Source of the DNA: Blasia pusilla
Taxonomy: Eukaryota
Direction: 5' to 3'
Assembly: GCA_050084515.1 (NCBI GenBank)
Contig: CM114271.1
Span: 23,994,001 to 24,058,000 of the forward strand
DNA length: 64,000 nucleotides
The notes beneath the pieces are model-generated. The model was not told the origin of the DNA. It saw nothing but the letters and a program-made list of their open reading frames with translations, and ran no database searches. Positions 1 to 12,124 of the stretch are shown one piece after another. Within the stretch, counting starts at the first letter, position 1; each line of letters opens with the position of its first letter. A program made the translations under genes and the position numbers.

Positions 1-2912
1 ATCCCTGAACCACAATGTCTCTACGGTCTAGGATCCCTGAACCAAAAAATTCCCAAGTCAGGCTACCCCTTCTAAATCTCAGCAATGTATGATGAGGTTT
101 GGGGGACAGGGGGCTAGAGGTGTAGAGAGCCTATCTTATGGATCTCCCAGTATTGATAAAAGTATGGTAATGTCGAGTCCTTTCTCCAAGTTTCCCAGAC
201 GGATTGCATTTCTTGTCCCCCCACCCCACCCCCGGAAACCTTCTGGTGCTTATCCCAACTGGAATAGGAAAAAGTGTTTTGCAGGCCTTCTGAAAGGTAC
301 TTTTTAGGGCTTGTTGAGAAATATTGAGTTGGTATGCCCAACTTGCAAAGCCATTCTTTGCAGTTGTGGTGCCCCTGTTTTGCCCTGGTAGATGCACTGT
401 CCTTAGATTCTTTGCAAGGTCTCAAGGACACTTAGTAAATCAGCCACTAACTTAGCAATTAGGATCATCGTCACTGATACCCTCAAGGTGCTAGAGAAAT
501 GGGATAAGATTTTGATAACATGAATTTCCACTGTAATCTGCCCAGACTTTTCCAACAGAAGGTCACAAGGAGTGTTTTTTTTCCTAATTCCCAGGCATTA
601 TTGCACGATGAGCTTCAGTGGGACATCTAGTCTCTTGGGGGCAAGTAATTGAAGCTGAGGCCCCAGACTTTAGAAGCATAGAACGTGGCCGGAACTACCA
701 TTGCTGTGAAGAGTTCCTATGGAGTGTGCTGCATTTCTATTCTTCTGAAATTCGCTCATTATGCCCTATATTTGCATATATTGATATCCAAAAAGTCATG
801 TCTATTGATCTCCCAAAAAGCGATCTCCATAATCCAGAAAAGATCAAAATTTACGATAGTTTTTCACATTAAGTATCCCTTCGTCAGGCAACAGCACTTA
901 CAAGCTTATTGACTTCTACAACTGAAAAACCTCCAAGTCTTTGCTCACCCCATCACTATCATATAAAACACGAAGAAAAGACAACAGAAAGTGTCTGCCT
1001 TGTCTCCTCAACCTAAGCCACCCCTTAAAGGAAGTGGCAAGCAAATAAGAAACATTAGGGCAAATAACTTACATATGTCATCATAAAGACCTATTGATTC
1101 AAATGGAATTTACAGAAATGTAACACGCGATCTTATAGTAATGCTTAGGTGGGCCTTCAGAGCCTTACATTACTTATTCCAGAGTACCTATCAGAGCCTT
1201 GCAACAAGAGAACGAATGCCCTGGTTGGACCCTGCTAATGACTGGGGAAAGCCAGTGAAGAGGTACCTTGTGTAAGGAGCAAGACTACTATAGAGTGAGT
1301 GCTTAACATACGGAGTGTTCACCCAAAAGACTATACACCAGTATCTGCCATACTTAAGTTTTGAAAATAAAGAAAATTCTCTGAGAGCTCTCACAGTGCT
1401 TTAGTTACAGTATCCACCAAGGATATACTCTCATACTCGCACACTTCATAGGGTTGTCAAGGTAACAATCTCTTGAAACTTCATCATCCAAGATTTTGTC
1501 TGCTTCTATGGCCTCCTCTGGGCTTCATAGCCAGAGCAAGAGGGCACATTAAGTTTTTTAGTCTTTGAAAGCATATGGACAATTTGTGCTTGGTAGCACT
1601 AGCTACCACTAACGTCAGACAGGGAAATTACCTTGGACTAAGTAAAAGAGGGAATACAGAAGTGAAGGTAACAGCTAAGCTCGACAGGAAACAATATAGT
1701 ATACTCTCCTTGAGTAGTGTCAGCCATAGCCTTGAAGTCATCGAAAGAAAGAAAAACTACGGTGGGATTGCACAGAAAGACACAAAACATAACCACAAGG
1801 GAGATCTAGAAACGTTTCCCGAGAAGATTGTTCAGACCAGAGGGCTAATGCTCAAAACAGCCCTCATGATTCTACAACTATCTTGAAGGACTGCAAACAC
1901 TAACGCATTCCACTCACTTATGATAGAAAAATGAAGATTGGACCAGAAAAGGCTCAATCACTCGATTCACAGATCCGACAGTGACGAAATGGTAGGTGAC
2001 ATGCGGAACCACGACCCCAAATACTAAGCATTTACGCATAGTGCACCAATTGAAGCGAAATTTGCACTCTAGATTCTCCCACACTGTGTTCCAATGTTCC
2101 AACCCACCCATTTTTGTGAACATCCGTGGTGCCTGCGATAGGTGTACTTCGACTTTTCATTGCACAAAGTTCATCTTTCTTCTAACAATCACTCTGAAGC
2201 TTAGCAATCGGAACACGAGAGACGGAGAAGACGAAGCTCAGGCGATTACAACCGCCATCTTGCGCACTCGTAACCAGTACCAGTTCCCCTTCTGAACTAA
2301 AATCCCAGCTTTCGTACGATCCCACTACCTCACTCGCATCCACAGGAAGGGAATTTACTAAAGGGCCATCACAGTAACAGATCCCGACAGCCAATGCGAA
2401 CGAATCCATAGACATAATCGCAAGACAGGAAAATGCGACAGGGTAGAGCCCTAGAACTGTAGAGACACTTCCGGAATTCCGTCTCCATCATTACGTACTC
2501 CTACGCGCTCTATGAACTACCATTCTGAACAAACGCGAATCCATTACTGAAGTTCGCCAATTCCGTTGACACACCTAATTAGAGTTGACCAGAAATTCCC
2601 AAATGACCGAACAGGAATGCTAGCAATTCGTCTTGATCCGAAAATTTTCTGCAACAAAATCCCGTCACAGTCGCGAGACTCGCTCAGTCTCATTAGGTGT
2701 CATCCGAGCACCTCAAGAGAGCACAAACCTAAAATGCATCAGCAGGCGAGTATGCCTCAGAAAACAGCATTTGTGGAGCGGTTTCGGACCCGCAAAGAGA
2801 TCCATCTAGATCTCGACAAACACGTCGGAAAGATGAGTAGAAAAAACCACAGCACTCGGCAGGAGGAGATTTACAGCACATCTGAGAGTAAGCATAGAGA
2901 AGATTGACGTAC

Positions 2913-3080
2913 AAATTCGGCCGTGATGCCCTGGTATGTGATCAGAGGCAAAAACACCCCAAAAATCAAGCAGATGGGAACCGTGCGCCGGTTGAACTTA
3001 AAAACCAATTCCAGATTTTCTCTGTTGGTGGCCCATTGTTCCACGAACTTATTCTTATGCACGTCCATTCCGCCCGCCAT
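2913..3080 (-). CDS. NDUFB4: Mitochondrial complex I subunit B15 (NDUFB4), plant type, first coding exon (56 codons); the last exon was not located
   Basis: MAGGMDVHKNKFVEQWATNRENLELVFKFNRRTVPICLIFGVFLPLITYQGITAEF followed by a GTACGT donor at 2912; resembles plant B15 as recalled (KNKFIEDW..RENLE..F.W.RR, then a TM helix). Confidence 0.85.
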
Positions 3081-3435
3081 CGCTAACACTCCTGTAACGA
3101 TCTCCCCGTCTTTCGTGAGCACTCGCTCCTCTCGCCGTCGTGCTTCTCAGTCCCCGAATCACCCGTGCTCTCCTCAGGCCTGCGAGGGCTACACACAACA
3201 AACCCATACGTCAAGTACGTAATCCCCGCATACTAGGGGTCCGTCCAATAGTCGCAGTTAGATGGAGAAGGAGCTCTTACGGTAATGGCAATAATCCTAC
3301 TGAGTATACCCTTATGAGTATTTTCTTAAGTCCACTCTCATTTGATAATGGACGTGTTCATAGTAGTGGGGCATATGAACTTAGTAATGTAGTCTTGATC
3401 CGATGGAAGAAGATTTCTTTTTAAAAGGATAAGTC

Positions 3436-3456
3436 ATATATATATATATATATATA
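3436..3456. repeat. (AT)n microsatellite
   Basis: atatatatatatatatatata seen directly. Confidence 0.9.
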
Positions 3457-5693
3457 CTAACTAAATGAATATGTTTGTAACACATGTCATTAAACTTCCT
3501 CAAAACTACTTTTGTGGCCTTAAGGGGGTCTGAAAATTAGAAAGAGAGTTAAGTTATTAATGAGGGTCGTAACTAGTGCTTAATATCAATGAGTCCATCC
3601 GAAAATGGGGTTTTAGGCATTATTTTGAGAGAGCTACAAATCCATTTGAGGCTCATAAGAGAGGCCACACGTGAAACTTGGAGAAAAAAGGTTTTGGACT
3701 TCTTATCGCTAATTTGAGGTTGAATCGTCCCCTAAACTAAAAGGGGTACGATTCTCACTTTGAAGATGTGCATCATATACATCCATTCATCCTTAATAAT
3801 ATGTTTTAATCTATTAATTTTAAGTAAGTTTCAATTGATATATCATTATCAAAATTATATCTCCTTTTAGGATTTATGCAACCCTTTCATCGTTAAACTT
3901 AACCATTTCCCACCAAAATAGGCGGCTCGTCTAGATAAAAAGACAATCCATACGAACAAAAGACCCAAGACGGTTGCCATACACACCAACTGGAAGTATA
4001 TCGTAATCTCATGGATGCAAGCTGACGGCTCTCTAGCTGAATCCTATGGAAGAAAATTCGAGACCTAGTGCGTGAGGTTTCTCCGATGGGGGGGGAATTG
4101 TTGTTGGCCCTTACACTCTTGCGGATCATATTTTGGTTTCTTGACATGGAAATAGAAGCTAGTGTTGAGGGAAATTAAATCCATATTTTTATCCCACTCG
4201 CATATCCCCACATCTCACAGTTAATTATACTTTTCCACTCCCGAAGTTTAGTACCCTTCCCAGTTTCTTCATATTCGGAATCCCCTTTCCATAATTAACC
4301 CCACTTCCGCAATGAATTATTCAAAACAAGTTTAAAGCTTGGCACCAAAACTCAAGGCCTCTGCTAGAAAAAATTGAATTAAAACTGTGTTACTAATTGA
4401 ATGGGTGTTCTATGGATGACCCATCACTCATTGTGACATAAAATTGGTTGGCGTTGCTTTGGGGTGGACAGAATTTGAGACGAAGAATTGAGAGAAATAA
4501 CAAAAAATTCATGGAATGCAGTGGTGTGTAGGTCAGGCTACACGATTACATGCTTCAATACAGGGATGAATGTCCCAACCTAAATTTGCCCCAAAAGCAG
4601 CCAGCTTTCAATCTTGGAAGGCCATCGCGGTCCCAGTAATTTTGGGCATATTTTGCTCATTAAGCTTGCATACACAATCTCCACAGGATTTAGGTCTTCC
4701 GAATACAGCAAAGCCAGAGTGGGTGTTTGATTGCAGATAGAAGCTGTCAAACTGCAGCTTCATCTATCCCCCACAAAATCCATTTCAAAACTTGAAATCT
4801 GCACCACTCCACAAGGACTGCTGCAAAATGTTTCAATTTCTTTCTTTTCTTGTCATGAATAAAAGTTCCATAAAGGCTCAAGTCTAAACAGAAACCTGTA
4901 AACTATAAATATTGTGGACTTTGAAGCCAGGAGTTGAAGAGAGGAATTCCTTGCGAGACAATGGTAATGACTGAAATCAACTCAGTTTGCCGGGAATTAG
5001 CACACGAGTAAACAAAGAAAACAGTAATATCCCTCCCCATCGAAATAAAATGCTCTTTTCAGCCACATTTACAGGAAAATGAGTATAGAAGTCATGACGC
5101 AATCCTAGAAAACTTTGCTACCAGAGTGAGTATGGAAGATGTATGTGTCACTCTTACAAAACATGCCAATGGTGCAAGTATCAAGGACCTCACTAGTACC
5201 TCCTTAAACAAATATAAATATCCCTGCAATCTCTGTCGCACCTTGGGGTTGACCCCAAACACTTGTAGCTATTACAGTACTACAAGACAAAGAGTCTTGT
5301 AACAAATATTTCAGACAACGAGTCTCTACATCTTAGTGATCGAGAATTGCTCTCTTCATTATTCATTGCTATGATGTACACCAAGTATCATAAGGTGGCA
5401 AAAGGCAGAATAAGGACATAGTACTAAGCCACAAACTAGCAGCAAGATCAAAGAAAACAATAACCACAAGGCAGCCTCTTTATCCCTAAATTTAACTTGG
5501 TGCATAAAATTGACCTTCCATCAGTCCAGTCCTTGCAGAGACCTACAATTGGCCGGTAGGAATTCAACAATGACCAACAATTCACCTGAAAGTTCAGAGT
5601 GGCCAGTGAAAGATTTTCACGTTTTGAGGCCCCCTTTGACAAGCTCAGTGACTCCTGAGAAGCTTCCGCCATAGCTAAGAGCCATAAGTGTTG

Positions 5694-7095
5694 CTATGTG
5701 GCCTCTTTCTCTTGCATTTCTCTGATCAGCTGTCGCCTCAGTTGGACTGCATGTCTCTCAAGTTTCAGTTGTTCCATCTGTACGTATTCAGTCACAAACG
5801 GATTACACAAAACATCCATAGAATATTTTACTGAAGCCGTAATATAACTTCGAGGAAAATTCTACCAGCTAAAAATCCAGGAATGGCTATTCAGAGACCC
5901 TCCAAGATTCACCAGTTCAGCTAGGAAAGAGTAGATTGTCACTTGTAAAATGATAAAGGATGGAGAACCTACCAACTCAAATTACAAAACTATACAAAAA
6001 AGTTCAGAGACAAAGACTTTCAATCAAAACGGAGACAAACTCAGAGCCGGCAGAACACACAAGGGAGTTGAGGACTGGAAACAACATCAAATCAAACAAA
6101 GTGGATCGACATATTTTCAAAGCGAAAATCATTTTGCTAGCTTAGTTGCAAAGTAATTACCCGTATGTTTTGACTGTTAGAAATGCAGAAAATGCTACCA
6201 AACGTGTGTGGAGTGAACGAGTTCCAAACATTGACACGTCTGGATTGAGCTCAGTTGACAATCATTGCATGTTAGGTTAGGAAAACCAAAACAGCGGTTT
6301 CGAAGGAAGACTGTGATCCCCGAGCAAATTCGAAAACTTAGCGGAATCTTTCTCTCAAAGATGTGTCTACCAGACTTCCAAAAGCAAGGCCACAAGACTC
6401 AGGATGTGAGTCCTAAATGAGGGATTTTACAAAGTGTTCTGGAAAATGTAGGAAATCAACCAAAAAAATGAGAAAAAAGCCCCGGAAGATCGTTAATCTT
6501 GTAGGGTTGGTTGAGGTGAATGTCGTGCCGGTTAGCACGACATTCACCTCAACCAACCTCAACCAACCGAAGAAAAAGGCTAAATTCAGGAGTCACATTT
6601 TTCATCCTACGGAAACTAAAATCCCGGAATCACAACTAGTATTTATCAGTAAAATGCCCTCTCTGATCCACCGTAGACAGACACAGGCATCTGTGAAAGC
6701 ACCCCTCAGGTAGACATTCATTTCTATCCTTTTTATTCTCCAATCGCACGCAGCATTCTAGAAACCTGGCAAATTCAAGCGAGACCTAACGAATTCAGGG
6801 CAGTTCCCAGCATCCGTAGATGTTCCGAAGTGCGCGGTATGATTCTCCTTGAGATTCAAAATCTCTCTGGGCCAATTTGGACGAAAGCCATGAAGATTGA
6901 TCACAATCCATCCAACGAGTCCGCTCGATCAGCAAACATGAGAACTCTCACCGAGTAAGCAGATGAGCGAGAAATTCGAAATGTACGCACCTTCCCCTCC
7001 CGATTCTCAGCCATCCAAACCACAAGATTGTCCAGAGCTTTCACTCCCACGTAAGTTACGGCGACAAGGCCTGCGAAAACATGCACGCGCACCAT
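5694..7095 (-). CDS. Two-exon 62-aa single-pass membrane protein (exons 7095-6991 and 5777-5694), At1g67785-like, probably mitochondrial
   Basis: Phase-0 GT-AG intron joins MVRVHVFAGLVAVTYVGVKALDNLVVWMAENREGK to MEQLKLERHAVQLRRQLIREMQEKEAT*; hydrophobic N-terminus and charged helical tail; similarity to Arabidopsis At1g67785 is from memory. Confidence 0.75.
6505..6558. repeat. Perfect 24-bp inverted repeat (6-nt loop) inside an intron, possibly the core of a MITE-like foldback
   Basis: ggttggttgaggtgaatgtcgtgc-cggtta-gcacgacattcacctcaaccaacc; weaker inverted similarity between ~6403 and ~6600. Confidence 0.85.
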
Positions 7096-7499
7096 TATGC
7101 GAAGCTCCCTCTGATACCCTCAAAACGCAAGCAAATGCCACCACCAAAGTCCTGTCCTCGCTCCGACCACCCTCTCACGGACTCGTTCCTCCGCACTTTC
7201 TTTTCGTTTCGCGGATGAACTTGTAACACTTTATTATAGGAAAGAATTACATCGTCGTAAATGCAAGAAGAAAATGGATGCACTATGAAAATAAATTATT
7301 CAATTAATATTTGAAAAATAATATAAGTAGTCGTTAGTTAGAGTGATGAGTGGTCACCAAGCATTTTGGCTTATAATGATAATGTTTATGCCCATCTTGA
7401 TGTCACCGATACTAGTAACGTGCTAGACGTCACCAACACTAGTACAAAGATATCTATAAGAAGAATTTTATTTCAATGAAGTATTTTTTATACACCACG

Positions 7500-7672
7500 T
7501 TATTGTGAAGTGTCTTTTTTCATTTGAAAACGCATCACTTCCTATGGTGATATGTATTGCACTTTTTTGTCCTACTCTTGACAATGCTACATATAATTGA
7601 TCGTGAGAAAAGATTGATGTAGGTAGAAAAATTCCTATCTTTTTCAAAGTTTGACCTTGAGATTTATTGATA
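7500..7672 (-). mobile_element. Helitron/PIF1 helicase C-terminal remnant
   Basis: [34 protein letters not shown] = PIF1/Helitron helicase motifs V-VI. Confidence 0.8.
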
Positions 7673-7689
7673 CTCAAGGGCCAATTGGG

Positions 7690-9845
7690 ACGAGTGCTCA
7701 TGTGGCCCCATCGTTAGTCGCCTTCTTGTCAGACATGTCACAGACACAAGTCGGAATCTAGAACTACCTACTCTATGTACATCTGGGACACATCCATCGT
7801 CCCTCAGGAACCCTAGTGAGAGGTGGCGTAAGACATGCCATATGCCATCCTCTCGAACACCCATCACAGACTAGAATAGTGGCTGCACCACGGGCGGAAC
7901 CACACAACTAAAACCGCAAGCCTGCAGGAAATACTACTAAGCTCGGATCAACTGTACCGTCAATGTTCGGAAGATGACATGGCGCACACTTACGCACATG
8001 GTCCTTCCAAACCATACCATCGCGTCCCTCCAATAAGAGAACACCACAATCTCAAACACTCTCAAGATGGTGCGTCTTGCAGTCACATCCAACGTCGTAG
8101 GTGCTGTCTGTTGCAAGTAGACATAGTCTCCCTGATGAAACCTCACGATAGTAGGTCGATAACCACCTCCCCGAATAGTTGCATACCTCAATGTATCCCA
8201 ATGTTGCTCAATCGCCAAGCTCTCAAATGCCATGGGCATCACTCTCTGAAACAACTCAGCCCTTGGAGAACATGCTCGCATCCATACATGAGGGTCATCA
8301 AGGTTCAACATCTCACCAACATCTCGACGAATTGCCGCAAGAAAATCTGGCTCTCGGCCATACAAAAGCAAGTACGGTGAGAAAGACGCTAAGGATGCCT
8401 GCCTGCTGAATCTGTATCCCATTGCCAACCACGGCAATCGGAGTTCCCAATCTCCTAGTGACCTCTCTGCAAGCCATACCTGCGTAATCCTCTATTCACC
8501 GTCTGCACAATCCGATCTGCTAGTCCATCTGCCTCAGGATGATCTCGCGAAGTAGTGCGGTGGTCAATCAGCGCCTGATCACACAAGGCCTGAAACTCCC
8601 CGCGAAACTCTGTGCCCTGGTCTGTCAACACCTCAGCTAGTGCGCCGTAATGACTCAACACTCAATCAAGAAAGGCATACGCTACTCCCTGCCTTGCTTT
8701 GTCAGGAAATGCAACCAACTCTATCCACTTGGAGAAGTGCTCGACCATCACCAACACATAACGACTATGGCACTCTGTCAAAGGCAAAGGTCCTGCAAAA
8801 TCCAAACTCCATCTATAATCTAAACCCATGATCGGAAGTGGATGCAATTGTGGAGTCGGAGCATTGAACGATGCTCGAACTCAATCACACACTATGCACC
8901 TGGCAACAAACCGTTGAACGTCAGTCTGCATGCCTCGCCACCAATATTGTATCTGGAACAAGTTGTACGTCTGCTTCACTCCAAAATGACCCAACTCCTC
9001 GTGGGCATGACGCACCAAACGTGCTCTCTATGAAGGATGAGGCACCCACTGTGCTCGTAACGCTGCTAGTATGCAGGTACTCCAAGACCACTCCATCGTC
9101 GTGAATGTCTCGGCCACTTGTCGTCTCCTCATCGGCCTCTGCATCTAAGGACTCTCCATCAGACCTTGCCATCAAAGTCTCAGTAATTTGGCTCTCCATA
9201 ACCAACAAGCCCAAATAGGCTGACGCATGCCATCCTGGTACCAACTCCTCATCACTCTCACCATGCCAACGAGCTCTAGTCGCATCTCACTGACTCAAGC
9301 ATGGGTTACGGCTCAAACCATCTGCATCCTAGTTGAGCATCCTAGGTCTATGCACCACCTGGAAGTCATACTCCTACAATAAAAGAGCCCACCTCGCAAG
9401 CTGCCATGTAAGCTTGTCGGACTTTATCAACCACTTCAGTGGATGATGATCAGTAATGATGGTAAAGGGATTGCCGAATAGATAACATCTAAAATGTGCG
9501 ACAACCCACACTGCAGCCAAGCACTCACCCTCATACGAGCTATACTTTGCCTTTGCAGCGTTGTTCGAGCGACTAGCCTAAGCCACCACAAACTCTCTAC
9601 CATCATCGTCATGCTGGGTGAGCACAGCTCCAAGCCCCAACATGCTCCAATCGGTATGTAATTGGAAAGGACGTACCCTGATCGGTCTCCTCAATATGGG
9701 GGCGGACGTCAATTTGTCCTTGAGCAGCTGAAATGCTCTCTCTTGCTCATCCCCCCAGTGCCACTTTTGATCCACCTTGGTTAGCAAGGTTAGCAGATTC
9801 GCAATTGAATTGAAACCCTTGACGTATCGTCGATAGAAGTTTTGC
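7690..9845 (-). mobile_element. Gy-4: Gypsy pol fragment (RT end, RNase H, integrase, PHD), decayed
   Basis: PFQLHTDWSMLGLGAVL (RNase H); WSLDFAGPLP, LTDQGTEF (integrase); PHD remnant at ~7790-7920; many frameshifts. Confidence 0.9.
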
Positions 9846-11586
9846 TAAATGTTCTGCAAAATAGTTTTGCAAGTTCTGCAAAATATCTCCAAGAAGGAAA
9901 AACTGCTCTCTCACATTTCCCGGGGCCTCAGCAGGTCATCCTCGACCTATAGAGCCTGTCCTCCACTACTCACGAAGGCACTCTACTAGATCCCGCCGAT
10001 CTATCCTAAAAGACGTGACAACTGTCGTGCGCATACACATCGCTACACAACATACATCGCTGTCATCGAACATACACACAAACACGCACGATCCCATGCT
10101 AACTCATGACATCCAAACAACGAGACAAGAAGTACCAAAATATCTCCAATCGCCCCCCTAACTGGTGGTTAGGTCCCTCTAACTCCAGATAGCAATCTAT
10201 CCCTACCTACCATGACATACATCTCTCGAACGCTAAGAGCAAGAAGGCCGGGTACTCATGTGGCCCCATCGTTAGTCGTCTTCTTGTCATCCATGTCACA
10301 GACACAAGTCGGAATGTAGAACTACCTACTCTATGTACATGTGGGACACATCTATTGTCCTTGAGGAACCCTAGTGAGAGATGACGTCAAACATGCCATA
10401 TGCCATCCTCTCGAACACCCATCACATACTAGCATAGTGGCTGCACCATAGGCGGAACCACACAACCTACGCCGCAAGCCTGCATGAACTATTGCTAAGC
10501 TCAGATCAACTGTACCGTCAATGTTCGGACCATGATATGGCGCACAGTTATGCATATGGTCCTTCCAAACCATACCATCGCGTCCCTCCAATAAGAGAAC
10601 ACCGGATGGTGGTGCGCCCTGCAATCACATCCAACATCGTGGGTGCCGTCTGCTGCTAGTAGACATAGTCTCCTTAATGAAACCTCCGGATAGTAGGTCG
10701 ATAACCACCTCCCCAAATAGTCGTATACCTCAACGTATCCCCATGTTGGGTAATCGCCAAGTTCTCAAACGCCATGGGCATCACTCTCCGAAACAACTCA
10801 GCCCTCTGAGAACATGCTCGCATCCATACATCAGGGTCATCAAGGTTCAACACCTCACCAGTATCTTGACAAATGGCCGTAGGTAAATCTGGCTCTCGGC
10901 CATAAAGCAACAAGTATGGTGAGAAAGACGCTAAGGATGCATGTCTGCTGAATCTGTATCCCATTGCCAACCACGGCAACTGAAGGTCCCAATCTCCTAG
11001 GTGACCTCTCTAGAGGCCATATCTATATAGTCCTCTCTTGACCCTGCACAAACCCGCTCCGATAGTCCATCCGCCTCAAGATGATCTCGCGAAATAGTGC
11101 GGTGGTCGATCAATGCCTGATCACACAAGGCTTGAAACTCCCCACGGAACTCTGTACCCTGGTTTGTCAACACCTCAGCTAGTGCGACCTAATATCTCAG
11201 CACTCGATCTAGGAAGGTATACGCTACTCCCTCACTCGCTTTGTCAGGCAATGCAACCAACTCTATCCATTTCGAGAAGTGCTCGACCATCACCAACACA
11301 TAACGACTATGGCGCTCCGTCAAAGGCAAAGGTCTTGCAAAATCCAAACTCCATCTATAACCTAAACCCATAATCGGAAGTGGATGCAACTATGGAGTCG
11401 GAGCATTGAACGATGCTTAGACTTGATCACACACCATGCATCTGGCAACAAATTGCTGAACGTCAGTCTGCATGCCTCATCCCCAATTTTGAATCTGGAG
11501 CCAGTTGTACGTCCGCTTCACTCCAAAATGACCCAACTCCTCGTGGGCATGACGCACCAAATATGCTCTCTGCAAAGGATGAAGCA
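9845..11586 (-). mobile_element. Gy-1 3' part: integrase, PHD, PPT, LTR segment X (10148-10023) and part of segment Y
   Basis: HEELGHFG, WSLDFA, LCGSAYGAATMLVCDGCSRGWHMAC; purine tract at ~10151-10160 followed by TG at 10148; continues in frame from the fragment ending at 32753 (VVLHPLQRAYLVRHAHEE). Confidence 0.85.
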
Positions 11587-11954
11587 TGTCATGACCATAC
11601 GGATTATGTCGTAGAGTATAGTGTGCTAGTAGAGGCCATACCTTATGTAGGGCCGTAGTGTCTAGGTAGAGATGCGATTTCATACATAGGGTTGGGGGTT
11701 ATTCACTTGAGGGTGACTTTTCCAGTAGGCCCCGCTCTTAGGTTGGAGGATATAAGGTGGAGTGCACTCAAAGAACAATTAGTTCTTTGAGTTGAGCCTG
11801 TTGCGTTGGGAGTTAGCCTTGGTAGTGAGTAGAGCTCTTGGCTATGGTGTTTCCTGCAAGCTTCAACCTAGATTCTCCCATCGTGGAGTGGGTTTGGCTC
11901 AATTGTATGTGATTCTATACGTGTTTTATGACAGTAGGTCTTTCACGGATTTCA
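11587..11954 (+). repeat. Gy-2 5' terminal repeat segment Y (368 bp; TATA/R/U5), starting TGTCATG after the AGCA target duplication
   Basis: Near-identical to the reverse complement of 32860-33227; TATAA at 11751; ends TTTCA and is followed by the putative PBS. Confidence 0.85.
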
Positions 11955-11965
11955 CTCAAAGAACT
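11955..11965 (+). promoter_or_regulatory. Putative self-priming primer-binding site of Gy-2
   Basis: CTCAAAGAACT is the exact reverse complement of AGTTCTTTGAG at 11781-11791, 30 nt after the TATA start. Confidence 0.7.
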
Positions 11966-12124
11966 GAAGTAGATCGATGGTAGCTTCGATTGTAGATCAG
12001 TGGGATCTGGTTAGGGCTGATTGTGTACTCAGCCATGGATGTTCGTGGCTTGTGGCCTATGTTGGAGGTGTGAATCTAGTGAGTGGTTGGTTGGGAAAGA
12101 AGCGCCTTGCTAAGAGCTTTCCAA

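Noticed and set aside
100-2900. Second coding exon of NDUFB4, or a LINE remnant near 100-600
   Set aside because: No acceptor gave a convincing in-phase C-terminus, and the TE similarity was too weak to call
7468-7701. Functional PIF1 helicase gene (also 58970-59230)
   Set aside because: Only short degenerate C-terminal motifs are present, with no upstream domains
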